Source: an uncultured Candidatus Saccharibacteria bacterium (GTDB lineage Bacteria > Patescibacteriota > Minisyncoccia > Sungbacterales > HO2-52-23). From it: a stretch of DNA of 64,000 nt. The stretch is from contig CAZPDF010000001.1 of the NCBI GenBank assembly GCA_964585475.1, positions 81,337 through 145,336 on the forward strand. The letters are read 5' to 3'. Positions 18,784 through 28,914 of this stretch are shown here, piece by piece. The stretch's first letter is position 1; each line of letters starts with the position of its first letter. The notes below the pieces were generated by a model that had not been told where the DNA came from, made no database searches, and saw only the letters and a program-made list of their open reading frames with translations. A program made the position numbers and the translations under genes.

Positions 18784-19857
18784 ATGCACCCCATCATACA
18801 AGAAGATTTAGAGAATATAGTCGTGGCCATTAAAAGCGAGGCCGGGGCTTTGGAGGGAAAAACCCTGCTTATTAGCGGCGGAGCTGGCTTTTTGGGTTCT
18901 TATTTTTTGGGCACTTTGGATTTGCTCAACCGGAGCGTTTTCAAAAAACCCTGCACGGTCGTTTCCCTGGATAATTACATAACCGCTTCAAGAAAAGGTT
19001 TTATTCAGGAAATTCAGGGTCCGAACGTGCGTCTTATTGAAGGCGACGTGACGGCGCCGATTAATATAGACGGCCCGGTGGATTATATTATCCATGCAGC
19101 CGGATTAGCTTCCCCCTTTTATTATAAAAAATATCCGCTGGAGACCATAGAAGCTGCGATTGCTGGAGCCAAGAATCTTCTTCGACTCGCGCTCGAGAAA
19201 CATGCGAAAAGTTTTCTTTTATTCAGCTCCAGTGAAATTTATGGAGACCCTGACCCCAATTTCATCCCGACTCCGGAAAGTTATAAAGGCAGTGTTTCCT
19301 GTATTGGTCCGCGGGCCTGTTACGATGAATCAAAACGTCTGGCCGAAACCATAGGCACGACTTATTTTGAAATCCACGGCGTACCTATTAAAATCGTGAG
19401 GCCCTTTAACGTTTACGGCCCAGGCATGAAGTCCGACGACTATAGGGTTATCCCCGCTTTCATCACGAAGGCCATCCGAGGTGAGTCCTTAAACGTCCAC
19501 GGGAGCGGAAATCAGACCAGGACTTTTTGCTATGTCAGTGATGCGATTACCGGGTTTTTAAAAGTTCTTTTATCTGAAAAGAACGGAGAGGCGTACAACG
19601 TTGGAACGGCGGGCCCCGAGGTAAATATGGTGACGCTGGCCAATATGATTACGGGATTTTTCGAGAATAAAATGAGAATTGAGCTTATAAGCTACCCCGA
19701 ATCTTATCCTGCCGACGAACCAAATCGCCGCTGCCCGGACCTTACCAAGATTCGATCCAGGTTGGGGTATGAACCGAAGATTGATTTGAAAACCGGACTT
19801 GAGCGAACCATCCGGTGGTTTCGCGATACGCTTCCTCCGTCAACCAATTTAGTTTAG
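18784..19857 (+). CDS. NAD-dependent epimerase/dehydratase, UDP-glucuronate decarboxylase (UXS/ArnA C-domain)-like
   Basis: 'LLISGGAGFLGSY'. 'SEIYGDP'. 'YDESKRLAE'. 'RPFNVYGPGM'. Confidence 0.7.
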   Translation: MHPIIQEDLENIVVAIKSEAGALEGKTLLISGGAGFLGSYFLGTLDLLNRSVFKKPCTVVSLDNYITASRKGFIQEIQGPNVRLIEGDVTAPINIDGPVDYIIHAAGLASPFYYKKYPLETIEAAIAGAKNLLRLALEKHAKSFLLFSSSEIYGDPDPNFIPTPESYKGSVSCIGPRACYDESKRLAETIGTTYFEIHGVPIKIVRPFNVYGPGMKSDDYRVIPAFITKAIRGESLNVHGSGNQTRTFCYVSDAITGFLKVLLSEKNGEAYNVGTAGPEVNMVTLANMITGFFENKMRIELISYPESYPADEPNRRCPDLTKIRSRLGYEPKIDLKTGLERTIRWFRDTLPPSTNLV

Positions 19858-19860
19858 CTT

Positions 19861-20856
19861 ATGCAAGCACCTTTGCGTTTTGGAATAGTCGGACTCGGTT
19901 ATTTTGGAAAAAATTACGCGCGGCTCTTGCGTAAAATGCCGGGTGTGACTTTAAAGGCGGTTTCGAGCCGGTCGCAAGCGGCGTTCCGAAAATACGCCGT
20001 TTTTCTTTCTCCTTTAGTTCGAAAGCATACATCCGCCGGTGAAATTTTTCGCGCCAAAGACATTGACTGCGTAATTATTGCTACTCCGCCCTCGACCCAT
20101 TTTGCCATGGCGCGTGAAGCCCTGAAGCACAAAAAGCACGTCCTGGTGGAGAAGCCGTTTGTCCTGCGAGTAAAAGATGCTTTGGCTCTTGGTCGTCTCG
20201 CCAAGGCCGAGAAGCGCACTATAATGATTGGTCATCAGTATTTGTATAATGACCACGTTCGCTACCTAAAGCACGAACTCGCTAAGGGTAAGTTAGGAAG
20301 AATTCGCTATGTCTTGGCCGAGCATTTTTATCCGGGACCTATTCGCTCCGATGTCGGATGTTTTTGGGAGACGGCCACGCATGAACTTGCTATCCTGGAT
20401 TATCTTTTTGGTCCGTTGAAAGTTAGTCGTGTGGCCGGCGGATCTGTCAGCTTGAGTACGAAAAGTAGAGACGATTTTTCCTCTGCGTTTGTCCGATTTA
20501 GGAAGGGGCCCGCGTTGGCGCTCGCCGTATCTTGGTTTTCTCCTGAAAAAATCCGGCGGATGATATTTGCCGGTGAAAAAGGGTGGACCGTGTTTGACGA
20601 TCGGGCGGAAGTTAAGCTTAAATTTTATCTCCATCCTTACCCGCGCATTCCTCGCCAAGCCAAATCCTCTTCATATTTTTTTGATCCAAGAAAAATAAGG
20701 TTTTTTGTTCCGCGAATCCGGGCAGGAGAGCCGCTCCGGAATGAACTGGAGCATTTCGTATCGTGTGTACGCAAAAATAGGGTCCCGCTTACTGACGCTT
20801 CGCACGGAGTCCGTATCACACGAATGCTTGAGAATATTCAGTCAAAGTTGAAGTAA
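19861..20856 (+). CDS. Gfo/Idh/MocA-family NAD(P)-dependent sugar oxidoreductase
   Basis: 'RFGIVGLGYFGKNY'. 'VIIATPPSTHF'. 'HVLVEKP'. Confidence 0.7.
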   Translation: MQAPLRFGIVGLGYFGKNYARLLRKMPGVTLKAVSSRSQAAFRKYAVFLSPLVRKHTSAGEIFRAKDIDCVIIATPPSTHFAMAREALKHKKHVLVEKPFVLRVKDALALGRLAKAEKRTIMIGHQYLYNDHVRYLKHELAKGKLGRIRYVLAEHFYPGPIRSDVGCFWETATHELAILDYLFGPLKVSRVAGGSVSLSTKSRDDFSSAFVRFRKGPALALAVSWFSPEKIRRMIFAGEKGWTVFDDRAEVKLKFYLHPYPRIPRQAKSSSYFFDPRKIRFFVPRIRAGEPLRNELEHFVSCVRKNRVPLTDASHGVRITRMLENIQSKLK

Positions 20857-20898
20857 TTTCGCAACCGTGCACCCTAAAAATACGTTAGATAAGGTAGA

Positions 20899-22083
20899 AT
20901 GGACATAAAAAACAGAAAAATCATATACGTCTCGCATTGGCGTTATCCTTCGGAGAAAGCAAGTCCCCGGATAGCTATGCAGACCTGTGAGGAACTTGGC
21001 AGGCGCGGATTTAGGGTTGAACTCTGGGCTCCGTGGCGTCAAAACCCGCAGTTCCCGAGGGCCGACCCCTTTATTCATCATCGCGTCAAGAAGAATTTTA
21101 CTCTCCGGCGCTTGCCCGCAATTGACCTTATGACGATTTTCACCGGGAAGTTTGGATTTTTTCTGATGCTTACAAGTTTTAATATTTCCGTTGCTGTTTA
21201 TGCTATTCTACGGGGCATTACCCGGAAGGCGATTTTTTACTCTCTGGATATACGGGACATAGTGCTTCTTAATATTTTGGGCCCTATAGTATTCACCGAA
21301 ACCCATGATTTCTACAAAACCCCGTTTCATTGGCTGAATCGCTGGAGTTTTAGGCGCGCGAAGGGGGTTATTCCAACCAATCGCATCAAAATGCAATCTT
21401 TGGAAAAAGAGTTTGGCATCCCGCCCGACAAAATGATACACAAGCCCTGTCCGGTTAATGCATCCGCTTTTCGTATTTCCGCGACGAGGGAGGAGGCACG
21501 GCATACCCTTCGTCTCCCTGAAGACCAGACCATCATTCTTTACTGCGGACAGGTTATACTATGGAAAGGCGTTGATACCTTGCTTGACGCGCATGCGCTT
21601 CTTAGACCAAAAGAGATGATTTATTTTATCGTCGGCGGGGATAATAAGTCTATTGAGGAGTTTAAGGAAAAAAGCCGGACCGTCGATGCAAAAAATGTGA
21701 TAGTAGTCGAAGGACAGGCCCATAAAGATATTCCCTTTTGGCTACGGGCGGCGGATGTTCTTGTCCTTCCGAATACCGCGCGAGACCATACCTCAAAATA
21801 TGACACGTCGCCGTTGAAGCTTTTGGAATATATGGCTTCCGGCAGGCCAATTGTTTCCTCCGATCTTCCTTCCATCCGCAATATTGTGGATGAGAGCATG
21901 GTCTGGTTTTTTGAACCGGATAATCCTGAATCTTTGGTAGAAGCGGTGCATACTGCGCTAAGAGATCCTCGCGCTTCAGAAGAAAAAAGCGCCCGTGCCA
22001 ATTCAGAAGTGGAGAAATACACGTGGGAGAGGAGATTTGACGATATTACCCGGTTTATGGAGGTAAGAATAGGCGGCGTATAG
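20899..22083 (+). CDS. GT4-family glycosyltransferase
   Basis: 'LYCGQVILWKGVDTLL'. 'TSPLKLLEYMASGRPIVSSDLP'. Confidence 0.7.
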   Translation: MDIKNRKIIYVSHWRYPSEKASPRIAMQTCEELGRRGFRVELWAPWRQNPQFPRADPFIHHRVKKNFTLRRLPAIDLMTIFTGKFGFFLMLTSFNISVAVYAILRGITRKAIFYSLDIRDIVLLNILGPIVFTETHDFYKTPFHWLNRWSFRRAKGVIPTNRIKMQSLEKEFGIPPDKMIHKPCPVNASAFRISATREEARHTLRLPEDQTIILYCGQVILWKGVDTLLDAHALLRPKEMIYFIVGGDNKSIEEFKEKSRTVDAKNVIVVEGQAHKDIPFWLRAADVLVLPNTARDHTSKYDTSPLKLLEYMASGRPIVSSDLPSIRNIVDESMVWFFEPDNPESLVEAVHTALRDPRASEEKSARANSEVEKYTWERRFDDITRFMEVRIGGV

Positions 22084-22098
22084 CAGCCCACGAGCAAC

Positions 22099-24648
22099 AT
22101 GCAGACATTTAGTTATTTACTTTTATCTTGGGTTAAACGATGTTGGCCCCTTCTTTTATTGGGCTTGGTGGTTTTTGCGTCTTTCGCGCCCCTCTTTTTT
22201 GGATACATGTTTTCCGATGATGAACAGATTGGGTTTTACTACCCGCAAAGTTTTTTCTATCAAAAATCTCTGCAGGAGGGCGCATCTACCCTCTGGAATA
22301 ATGCCTACTACGGCGGCGTATCCGTCAGTTTGGACCAATTCGTCAGCTCCTATTACCCCCTGCACCAGATTCTTTTCAGGATTTTTAACTTTTTTACCGC
22401 GCACCATTTAAGTATCTTGATTGCGGTGGTTCTCGGCTGTTTTTTTGCCTATTGGTTCGGGAGAGCGAATGGATTCGCGCGATCCTCTTCTTTCGTTCTT
22501 GCGGTATCGTACTTTACGGCGACAACTTTTGACTGGCTCTCCATCGGAACCCTGGCCGCGCACGCATTTATAGTCCTGCCCGCCATGCTTCTCTCGCTAC
22601 TTCGGGTGCATCAGGGGAAAAATTCTTTCGCGTTTGCGATTCTTGGGGGCGCCGCGCTTGGCGTCGGGTTTCTGGCCGGTTTCATGCAGATTATTTTCTA
22701 TATTTGCGCGGCTGTTTTTTTCTACGCCCTGTTTTTGGATTGGCAGAGAAGAAAAGAGCCAACCCTCCAAGGAGTTTCCCGTCTGGGTAAATTTTGCGGG
22801 CGTTTCCGCGTCACCCTTGTCTTAGCCGCCATGGTTCTGGTAGCCCTCCTCATCGGCGGGCGCCAAATTCTGCCTTCGATATTTTTTATTGATCTCACTA
22901 TTCGTTCCTCAACTTATGCTTTGCAGCGCCACGATTTGCCGAGTATCTCGCAAATTTTCACGGTTATCTTCCCGCCTCATGTGCGGATACCTTTTTTGGA
23001 TACTGGCTTGACCGGGGTCTACATCGGGACTTTGCCGCTTCTTGCGACAATATTAGGGATTATTTTTTCGAGGACCATATTTTCGAGGTTTTTCTTGTGT
23101 CTCTACCTGATTTTCTTGGGTCTTGCTTTTCACGCTCCGGTTATTTCTTTATTCAATGACTATATACCGCCTTATTCTCATATGGGGCATCAGGCACGCT
23201 GGCTTCTGCCGGGAGCTCTCTTTTTGGGGTTTCTTGCCGCTCAAGGATTTGAAGGGCTGATTTCCGGGAAAATTGTCTTTAAGCAGGCGCGGTCCATTTT
23301 AAAAGTTTTTGGGTGGGCCGTGCTCTTTATTTTTGCGTTCGTCGTAGCTGCCAATATTTTTTTTCAGATGTTGGATGCGCGGCCCGATACCCAACAGAAA
23401 ATTATTGAATGGCATTTTGGGGAAAGAACTAAAATATATTCTAACGAGCATTATTTAAATGTACTGGGTCTTGCTATAAAAAACGGGGCAGCGGCCATAT
23501 CTTTGCTGAATTGGAGATTTACACTTCCGCTTTTCTTGATTCCTCTTTCTTATTTTCTTATCCGGTACTTTTTGGAAAATAAAATCTCTTTGAAAATATT
23601 CCAGTTTCTTTCGATCGCCATGATTTCCTTAAGCGCATTTATCTCATATGCGGGGAATTTTTATAAATTTGTTCCTCAGGGCGTGGTGGTAAGGGAGCCG
23701 CAGGTCGTCCAGGAAATCAAAAAGCGGGAGCAAAACCCATCTGAGTTTCGGATTATAGGATTTTTGATTGCGGACTCGCTTTTTTGGAAGTTATCAAGTA
23801 AAACTTCGTTAAGCCCGGCGGAATTGGCCCCGATCCTAAAGGAGGTTCTGGCCGGCAACAGCAACGTCTTCTACGGCCTTGAGAGAATTGACGGTTTTGA
23901 GCCTTATCGTACACTCCGTCACAACGGCCTTTTGGATACGGTGCTTCTTCCCGGGCGTCCCCAGATTTTGGATACCAACTCTGTCGCTTTTCGCGAGGGC
24001 ACTTTTGGCAAGTTTCTTAATAAGGATGTCTGGAAAAATGCGACGCTGGAGGAGAAAATCGGCGATTTCACGTCGCGTATCCCTTTGCTCTCCATGCTCA
24101 ATGTAAAGTATATTTACTCTTTGGTTCCTTTGGCGGATCCGCGTCTCGAAGAGATCGGATTGTCGTCCAATGCCTATGTTCCGGTTCCGCTGTATTTATA
24201 CCGAAATAAAGAAGTTATGCAGCGAATTTATTTTTCTCGAGACGTCCGATTTTTTTCCGGGAGGGATTCTGATCTCCTGCGGGAGATTGAAAAAACCAAA
24301 GATTTCAGAGCTAAGACCTGGATCGAGTGTCCCGACTGCATTTTGGCTGGTGCCGCAACCCCAGGCGATTCTGTGGTGATAGAGCATTACGAAAGCGGGC
24401 GGGTTTTGGTGCGCGCGAGGACCGAAAAAGGTCAGTGGCTTGTTTTTAGCGAATCTGCCATGCCCGGTTGGATTGCAGAAATTGACGGGGCCGATACTCC
24501 CATCTATAATGCTAATTATATTTGGCAATCGGTGTATGTCCCGCCGGGGGAGCACAGAATAGAATTTAAATATTATGACATTACTATCCTCAAATGGAAG
24601 GAACTGCAGGAGAAAATAAAAGAAAAAATTTCAACCCCTTTAAATTAA
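22099..24648 (+). CDS. YfhO-like large polytopic membrane protein (glycan/teichoic-acid glycosylation GT-C-like)
   Basis: About 850 aa. More than 12 TM segments. C-terminal soluble domain ending '...MPGWIAEIDGADTPIYNANYIWQSVYVPPGEHRIEFKY', typical of YfhO. Confidence 0.5.
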   Translation: MQTFSYLLLSWVKRCWPLLLLGLVVFASFAPLFFGYMFSDDEQIGFYYPQSFFYQKSLQEGASTLWNNAYYGGVSVSLDQFVSSYYPLHQILFRIFNFFTAHHLSILIAVVLGCFFAYWFGRANGFARSSSFVLAVSYFTATTFDWLSIGTLAAHAFIVLPAMLLSLLRVHQGKNSFAFAILGGAALGVGFLAGFMQIIFYICAAVFFYALFLDWQRRKEPTLQGVSRLGKFCGRFRVTLVLAAMVLVALLIGGRQILPSIFFIDLTIRSSTYALQRHDLPSISQIFTVIFPPHVRIPFLDTGLTGVYIGTLPLLATILGIIFSRTIFSRFFLCLYLIFLGLAFHAPVISLFNDYIPPYSHMGHQARWLLPGALFLGFLAAQGFEGLISGKIVFKQARSILKVFGWAVLFIFAFVVAANIFFQMLDARPDTQQKIIEWHFGERTKIYSNEHYLNVLGLAIKNGAAAISLLNWRFTLPLFLIPLSYFLIRYFLENKISLKIFQFLSIAMISLSAFISYAGNFYKFVPQGVVVREPQVVQEIKKREQNPSEFRIIGFLIADSLFWKLSSKTSLSPAELAPILKEVLAGNSNVFYGLERIDGFEPYRTLRHNGLLDTVLLPGRPQILDTNSVAFREGTFGKFLNKDVWKNATLEEKIGDFTSRIPLLSMLNVKYIYSLVPLADPRLEEIGLSSNAYVPVPLYLYRNKEVMQRIYFSRDVRFFSGRDSDLLREIEKTKDFRAKTWIECPDCILAGAATPGDSVVIEHYESGRVLVRARTEKGQWLVFSESAMPGWIAEIDGADTPIYNANYIWQSVYVPPGEHRIEFKYYDITILKWKELQEKIKEKISTPLN

Positions 24649-25499
24649 AGGAGACGCTGGCTTGTCCTATTTGTCGGGGCGCGCTTAATCAAAAGGGCGA
24701 GGAGATGATTTGTGTGGACGCACAGCACGGCCCATTTTTGATTGACGGGGCGCATAGACTCCACTTGATGGCTGGTGGCGACGAGGATAAGTATTCAAAA
24801 GCGCATCAGGGGGGGATTAATTGGCTGAAGTCGTTTCTCAAGCAATATCCCAAGCTATATTATTTTACCTGGAACTTATTTTGTCCGGTGCTTTTGAGTG
24901 GAAAGGGGCCGCGTGCAGTACTGGCACTCCTTACCGGTCATGCGCCCATAATATTGAATCTCGGCTCGGGCCCCAGGCGCTTGGGAGAGGAATTTATTAA
25001 TATTGATGTATTTCCTTTTCCGGAGGTGGATATAGTTGCCGATGCCGCGCATCTTCCGTTTGTAGATAATTCGGTTGACGCGGTTGTCAGCGAATCCCTG
25101 CTGGAGCATGTCCCGGATCCTCACGCTGTGGTGCGCGAGATGACAAGGGTTCTGAAGCCGGGCGGTATTCTTTATACGAATACTCCGTTTCTTACGCCCT
25201 ATCACGCATCCCCCGATGATTTCAGCCGTTGGACGCAAAGCGGACTGCGTTCTCTTTTCTCCGAATTCGCCGTAATTGAGGAAGGGGTAAGCGCCGGCCC
25301 TTGGAGCGCGTTACTCGTATTTCTTGCTTATTGGCTGGGAGTTCTTTTCTCTTTTGGCTCGCGCCGGCTTGCCCCTGTTTTGGGAGTACTTTTTATGATT
25401 CCGCTCGGCCCGTTAAAATTTCTTGATTTTCTTTTTGCCCGTATTCCCGGAAGCGAAGCGGTGGCGGCGCAACTTTATTTTATCGGTAAAAAAAAATAA
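24594..25499 (+). CDS. Trm112-like Zn-ribbon fused to a class I SAM methyltransferase with a C-terminal membrane segment. The start is uncertain and overlaps the upstream gene by 55 nt.
   Basis: 'LACPICRGAL'. Motif I 'ILNLGSGPRRLG'. 'LLEHVPDP'. 'LKPGGIL'. Hydrophobic C-terminus. Confidence 0.5.
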   Translation: MEGTAGENKRKNFNPFKLKETLACPICRGALNQKGEEMICVDAQHGPFLIDGAHRLHLMAGGDEDKYSKAHQGGINWLKSFLKQYPKLYYFTWNLFCPVLLSGKGPRAVLALLTGHAPIILNLGSGPRRLGEEFINIDVFPFPEVDIVADAAHLPFVDNSVDAVVSESLLEHVPDPHAVVREMTRVLKPGGILYTNTPFLTPYHASPDDFSRWTQSGLRSLFSEFAVIEEGVSAGPWSALLVFLAYWLGVLFSFGSRRLAPVLGVLFMIPLGPLKFLDFLFARIPGSEAVAAQLYFIGKKK

Positions 25500-25502
25500 T
25501 TT

Positions 25503-25575
25503 ATGCTTTTGTCAGTCGTCATCCCGGCATATAACGAGTGGAAAACCATTCGTGCGATTGGAGCTAGTGACCCCG
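25503..25575 (+). pseudogene. Orphan 5' fragment of a GT2 glycosyltransferase gene (MLLSVVIPAYNEWKTIRAIG...) truncated by a palindromic element
   Basis: Near-identical to the N-terminus of the intact GT2 at 26299 ([19 protein letters not shown]). The frame runs into repeat 25571..25764. Confidence 0.5.
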
Positions 25576-25764
25576 TTAGAAATCCAGCCATGGCTATATT
25601 ATTAAGAAGGTAGAAAGGCGAAGCCCCGTTTGAAAGCTCGCATTGCAAGCATCTCGAAGTAAAAAATTGCCTGCGGTTTGACAAACAACTTTCTGACGAG
25701 GCGAAGCCGACTTACGTCTATCCGCTTCTTTAAACGAAGTACCTTTTTAAGATTTCTAACTGGG
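25571..25764. repeat. Family-B palindromic element (CCCCGTTAGAAATC...GATTTCTAACTGGG), 194 bp
   Basis: 14-bp terminal inverted repeats. Lies between the GT2 fragment and the TA cassette. Confidence 0.55.
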
Positions 25765-25771
25765 TTGACGT

Positions 25772-26038
25772 ATGGCCAAGGTAGAGTATGCTGATAACAT
25801 GAATACTTCTGCAATTATTGCAGTTCGTCTTCCAAGGGAAGAAAAGAAGCGGTTGGGCCGTTTGGCTTTGCGCTACGGTCTTTCTCTCCCGGAATTTTCC
25901 CGCCGCGTGCTGACTGAACTTGCGGCAGAGATTCCCGAAGAATCCCTCAAGGATTATGAGAATCCAAGGAAACTTAGCGCCTCGTATCAACGCGCGCTCC
26001 GTGATTGGAAAACTGGCCGTGTGCGCACCCGAATATGA
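25772..26038 (+). CDS. Ribbon-helix-helix (CopG/RHH-like) antitoxin
   Basis: 'IIAVRLPREEKKRLGRLALRYGLSLPEF'. ATGA overlap with the downstream RelE-like gene. Confidence 0.55.
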   Translation: MAKVEYADNMNTSAIIAVRLPREEKKRLGRLALRYGLSLPEFSRRVLTELAAEIPEESLKDYENPRKLSASYQRALRDWKTGRVRTRI

Positions 26039-26292
26039 ATATTGTCTACGCAGAGGAGTTTGTGAAGCGATTGGACAAACTTTCTTCAGAAATTCAGCGG
26101 CTTTACCGCAGACAGGAAGCCCGATTTCGAAATAATTGGCGCGATCCGCGTCTGCATATTAAGAAGTTGAAAGATCATCCGTTTCCCTTCTCATTCCGCA
26201 TCACCCGTAGATACCGGGTGCTTTTTACGTTTGTAGCAGTCGATACTGTTCTTTTTGCAACCATCGGCCATAGACGCGGTAGTTACCGCTAA
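26035..26292 (+). CDS. RelE/ParE-family type II toxin
   Basis: 'FSFRITRRYRVLFTFVAVDTVLFATIGHRRGSY' matches the RelE/ParE C-terminal signature. Confidence 0.7.
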   Translation: MNIVYAEEFVKRLDKLSSEIQRLYRRQEARFRNNWRDPRLHIKKLKDHPFPFSFRITRRYRVLFTFVAVDTVLFATIGHRRGSYR

Positions 26293-26298
26293 CCTCAC

Positions 26299-27027
26299 AT
26301 GTTTATCTCCGTCATAATCCCAACCTACAATGAGGAAAAAACTATTCGCGAGATCGTTGCGCGGGTTAAAAAGGTTTCCATTCCAAAAGAGATTGTTATT
26401 GTGAATGACGGCTCGACAGATGCCACCCCGAAGATTTTGGAAGAATTGAAGGCGACCGCAAAAACGGATCAGAATTTTCTAGGGATTGTCGTTATAAATA
26501 AAAAAAACAACGGCAAGGGTTCGGCACTCAAGAAGGGGATTGAAGCTGCTCGCGGCGACATTATTATTTTTCAGGACGCCGATCTTGAATATGACCCCGA
26601 AGATTACCACAATCTTATCCGTCCGATTCTTGAGGGGCATGCGCGCGTGACAATGGGTTCTCGAATGTTGATCAAGCAAAACATATGGACGGCTGGCAGG
26701 CACTACCTTGTTTATCTTCGAAATCATATAGGGGTTCGCACCATGACGTTTCTGACCAATTTTTTATATCGGCAAAACGCTACCGATTATTGGGGATGCT
26801 ACAAGGCGTTTCGCGCAGATATTTTAAAAAGCATTCCGATCGAAGCCGACGGTTTTGCGTTTGATAATGAACTTGTCTGTAAGATTCTTCGTAGAGGTCA
26901 TACCATCCATGAGGTCTCTATTCGGTATCGACCCCGAAGCTATGAAGAGGGGAAAAAAGTAAAGATGCGGGATGGCCTGAAGAGCTTGTGGACAATTTTA
27001 AAATGGCGCTTTGTGCCATTTAAGTGA
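26299..27027 (+). CDS. GT2-family polyprenyl-phosphate glycosyltransferase (DPM1-like)
   Basis: '[14 protein letters not shown]'. '[10 protein letters not shown]'. '[11 protein letters not shown]'. Confidence 0.8.
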   Translation: MFISVIIPTYNEEKTIREIVARVKKVSIPKEIVIVNDGSTDATPKILEELKATAKTDQNFLGIVVINKKNNGKGSALKKGIEAARGDIIIFQDADLEYDPEDYHNLIRPILEGHARVTMGSRMLIKQNIWTAGRHYLVYLRNHIGVRTMTFLTNFLYRQNATDYWGCYKAFRADILKSIPIEADGFAFDNELVCKILRRGHTIHEVSIRYRPRSYEEGKKVKMRDGLKSLWTILKWRFVPFK

Positions 27028-27050
27028 AAACTTTATTTCTCTGGCAGAAA

Positions 27051-27085
27051 ACCCCGCCCCTTGGGGCGGGGAAGCGGTTATTTTT
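27051..27085 (+). terminator. Rho-independent terminator-like hairpin (CCCCGCCCC-TTG-GGGCGGGG + T-run)
   Basis: Perfect 9-bp GC stem followed by 'TTATTTTTG'. Confidence 0.5.
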
Positions 27086-27148
27086 GTTAACCGGCGCTCG
27101 CACGTTTTCGCAAAAGTTGGGTAAACCCCGCCCTTTGACCGTGGGGCA

Positions 27149-28774
27149 TTACACCTCGCGGCAAAGTAGCGCCGAAGAAATCTTGCGCCAAGAGCGTAGG
27201 GTATTCCCAAAGAGCGGGGTAAAACCGTAACTGGCGAGGATAAATATGAAGGCGTTTACGGGGTAGCGGAAGCGGCCCTGGTCGCTGAAGCCGGCCACCG
27301 TACTCGTCAGAGCATAAGTGAAGATTATGGCGCTCATGATAAGCGCTATTTTTCTTTCCTGCCCGCCGCGTTTTATGGCGTAAGCCGCGCCCAAGACCCA
27401 TAAGACATTAAAAACGATCCATAGAGCCCGTCCGGCAACTGGAATGGGGGCGAACCATCCGATTCGTTCCCAGACAAGTTTTGCGAGTTTCATCGGCCCT
27501 TCCTGAAATAGGGTCACCGATGGGGAAAAATCAATCTGGAAACGGGGTACTGCGTGAAAATGTTGTAGATAAGTGAGATAGAGGTCTTGGGCAAAGAAAG
27601 TGGACATGCTGATTAAGACGACCTGTGCAGTCTCTTTTGGATAAGTAATGATGGTTTGCAGGCCCTCTTTTGCAAGCGCGGTGCCTATGCTCGGATTTTC
27701 TCCTATATCGCGGATTTCCAGGCCATGTCTTGCGGAAAAATCGCGGTTAAGCTCATTTTTTACTTCTCCGATGGGTCTTCCGGTGTTGAGAGAAAGAATT
27801 GAAGATCCGATGGAGGAGTAGACATTGCGGAGGCCGGTGGTGGCGATATTGAGGGTATTGAATTGATAGTAATTGCGGATGAGCCAGGGAGAAAGCACGA
27901 CGAAGAAAGCAAGGGTAAAAGCCAGCAATATGCGACTTCCTCGGTATTTTGCTTCTCCGGCACGCTCATCCGCTCCAGCGGCGGATTCGCTAAGGGTCGG
28001 TCGAGCCGCCCCGCCTTCGGCGGGTACCGAGCCGGCTCTACCTCCCATTACCGGCGAAGCAAAATACCTCGGCAGTATTTTAGATCGCCGCCACCTTAGG
28101 AGAAGGATGGAGAGAAGAAAGAAGAAGCCGAGTATAAAAAGAAATTGCGCGTGAGGGCGCGTTAGGGTGGAGAGCGCGAGGAAGATTCCGGCGAGAGCCG
28201 CATAGCGCATTCCCCAATCATCAACCCCGTTAGAAGTCTGTTCCGCCGAAGGCGGAACAGCAGATGCCTGTGGCATCTGACTTCTAACGGGGTCAAGGGT
28301 TTTTAAAAAAAAGTATGTCGCAAGAAGTAGAAAAAAAACCGCAACCGTTTCGGTAAGAACAAGAATGCTCCATACAGCACCCATCGGCTCAAACGCCATG
28401 AGTCCTGCGGCCAAAAGCGGTACCCCCCCCGACTTAGCAAGAAATTTAGCGATCGCGTATACCAGAATCGGCATAAGCGAAGAAAGAATTATTTGTAGTA
28501 TAAGTAGGGGCAGCATTGATCCGGAAAGTTTGAGGGAGCCCGCCATGAGCAAGGGAAAGATCGGAGGAAAATGGGCGCTTGGCTGGAAAGGTAGCGCTTC
28601 GCTTCCACTGAATCCGTTTCCGGCGACGATGTTCTTTGCCGTTAGAAGAAATCCGTAGGAATCGGATGTAAAAGTTTTTTCTTCGCCAAGCGTGTGGATA
28701 ATAGTAAAAAGCAGTGCAGCCCTTAAGACAAAAGTTGCGACAACGATAATGAGAAGTGTTCGCGGCAAATTCAT
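27149..28774 (-). CDS. GT39/ArnT-like integral-membrane glycosyltransferase with an in-frame family-B repeat and a C8/G8 homopolymer
   Basis: Multi-TM. 'LTAKNIVAGNGFSGS' ArnT/PMT-like N-region. Convergent with the GT2 at 26299. Confidence 0.5.
   Translation of the reverse strand: MNLPRTLLIIVVATFVLRAALLFTIIHTLGEEKTFTSDSYGFLLTAKNIVAGNGFSGSEALPFQPSAHFPPIFPLLMAGSLKLSGSMLPLLILQIILSSLMPILVYAIAKFLAKSGGVPLLAAGLMAFEPMGAVWSILVLTETVAVFFLLLATYFFLKTLDPVRSQMPQASAVPPSAEQTSNGVDDWGMRYAALAGIFLALSTLTRPHAQFLFILGFFFLLSILLLRWRRSKILPRYFASPVMGGRAGSVPAEGGAARPTLSESAAGADERAGEAKYRGSRILLAFTLAFFVVLSPWLIRNYYQFNTLNIATTGLRNVYSSIGSSILSLNTGRPIGEVKNELNRDFSARHGLEIRDIGENPSIGTALAKEGLQTIITYPKETAQVVLISMSTFFAQDLYLTYLQHFHAVPRFQIDFSPSVTLFQEGPMKLAKLVWERIGWFAPIPVAGRALWIVFNVLWVLGAAYAIKRGGQERKIALIMSAIIFTYALTSTVAGFSDQGRFRYPVNAFIFILASYGFTPLFGNTLRSWRKISSALLCREV
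28225..28292. repeat. Family-B palindromic element in frame in the GT39-like gene
   Basis: CCCCGTTAGAAGTC...GACTTCTAACGGGG. Encodes DPVRSQMPQASAVPPSAEQTSNGVDD on the minus strand. Confidence 0.7.
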
Positions 28775-28914
28775 GATTTAACAGTAGTAAAATTTCTGTT
28801 ATTATTCAAAGGTATGTCCTCGACAGGCTCGGACAATGGCATTTATTCCCTGAGCTTGTCGAAGGGTATACCTTATTGTGCGCCTTCGACAAGCTTAGGC
28901 AATGATGTATACGT

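Noticed and set aside
27873-28154. Plus-strand ORFs inside the minus-strand GT39-like gene (Arg/Ala-rich).
   Set aside because: They are antisense to a long membrane-protein CDS in a locally GC-rich, low-complexity stretch.
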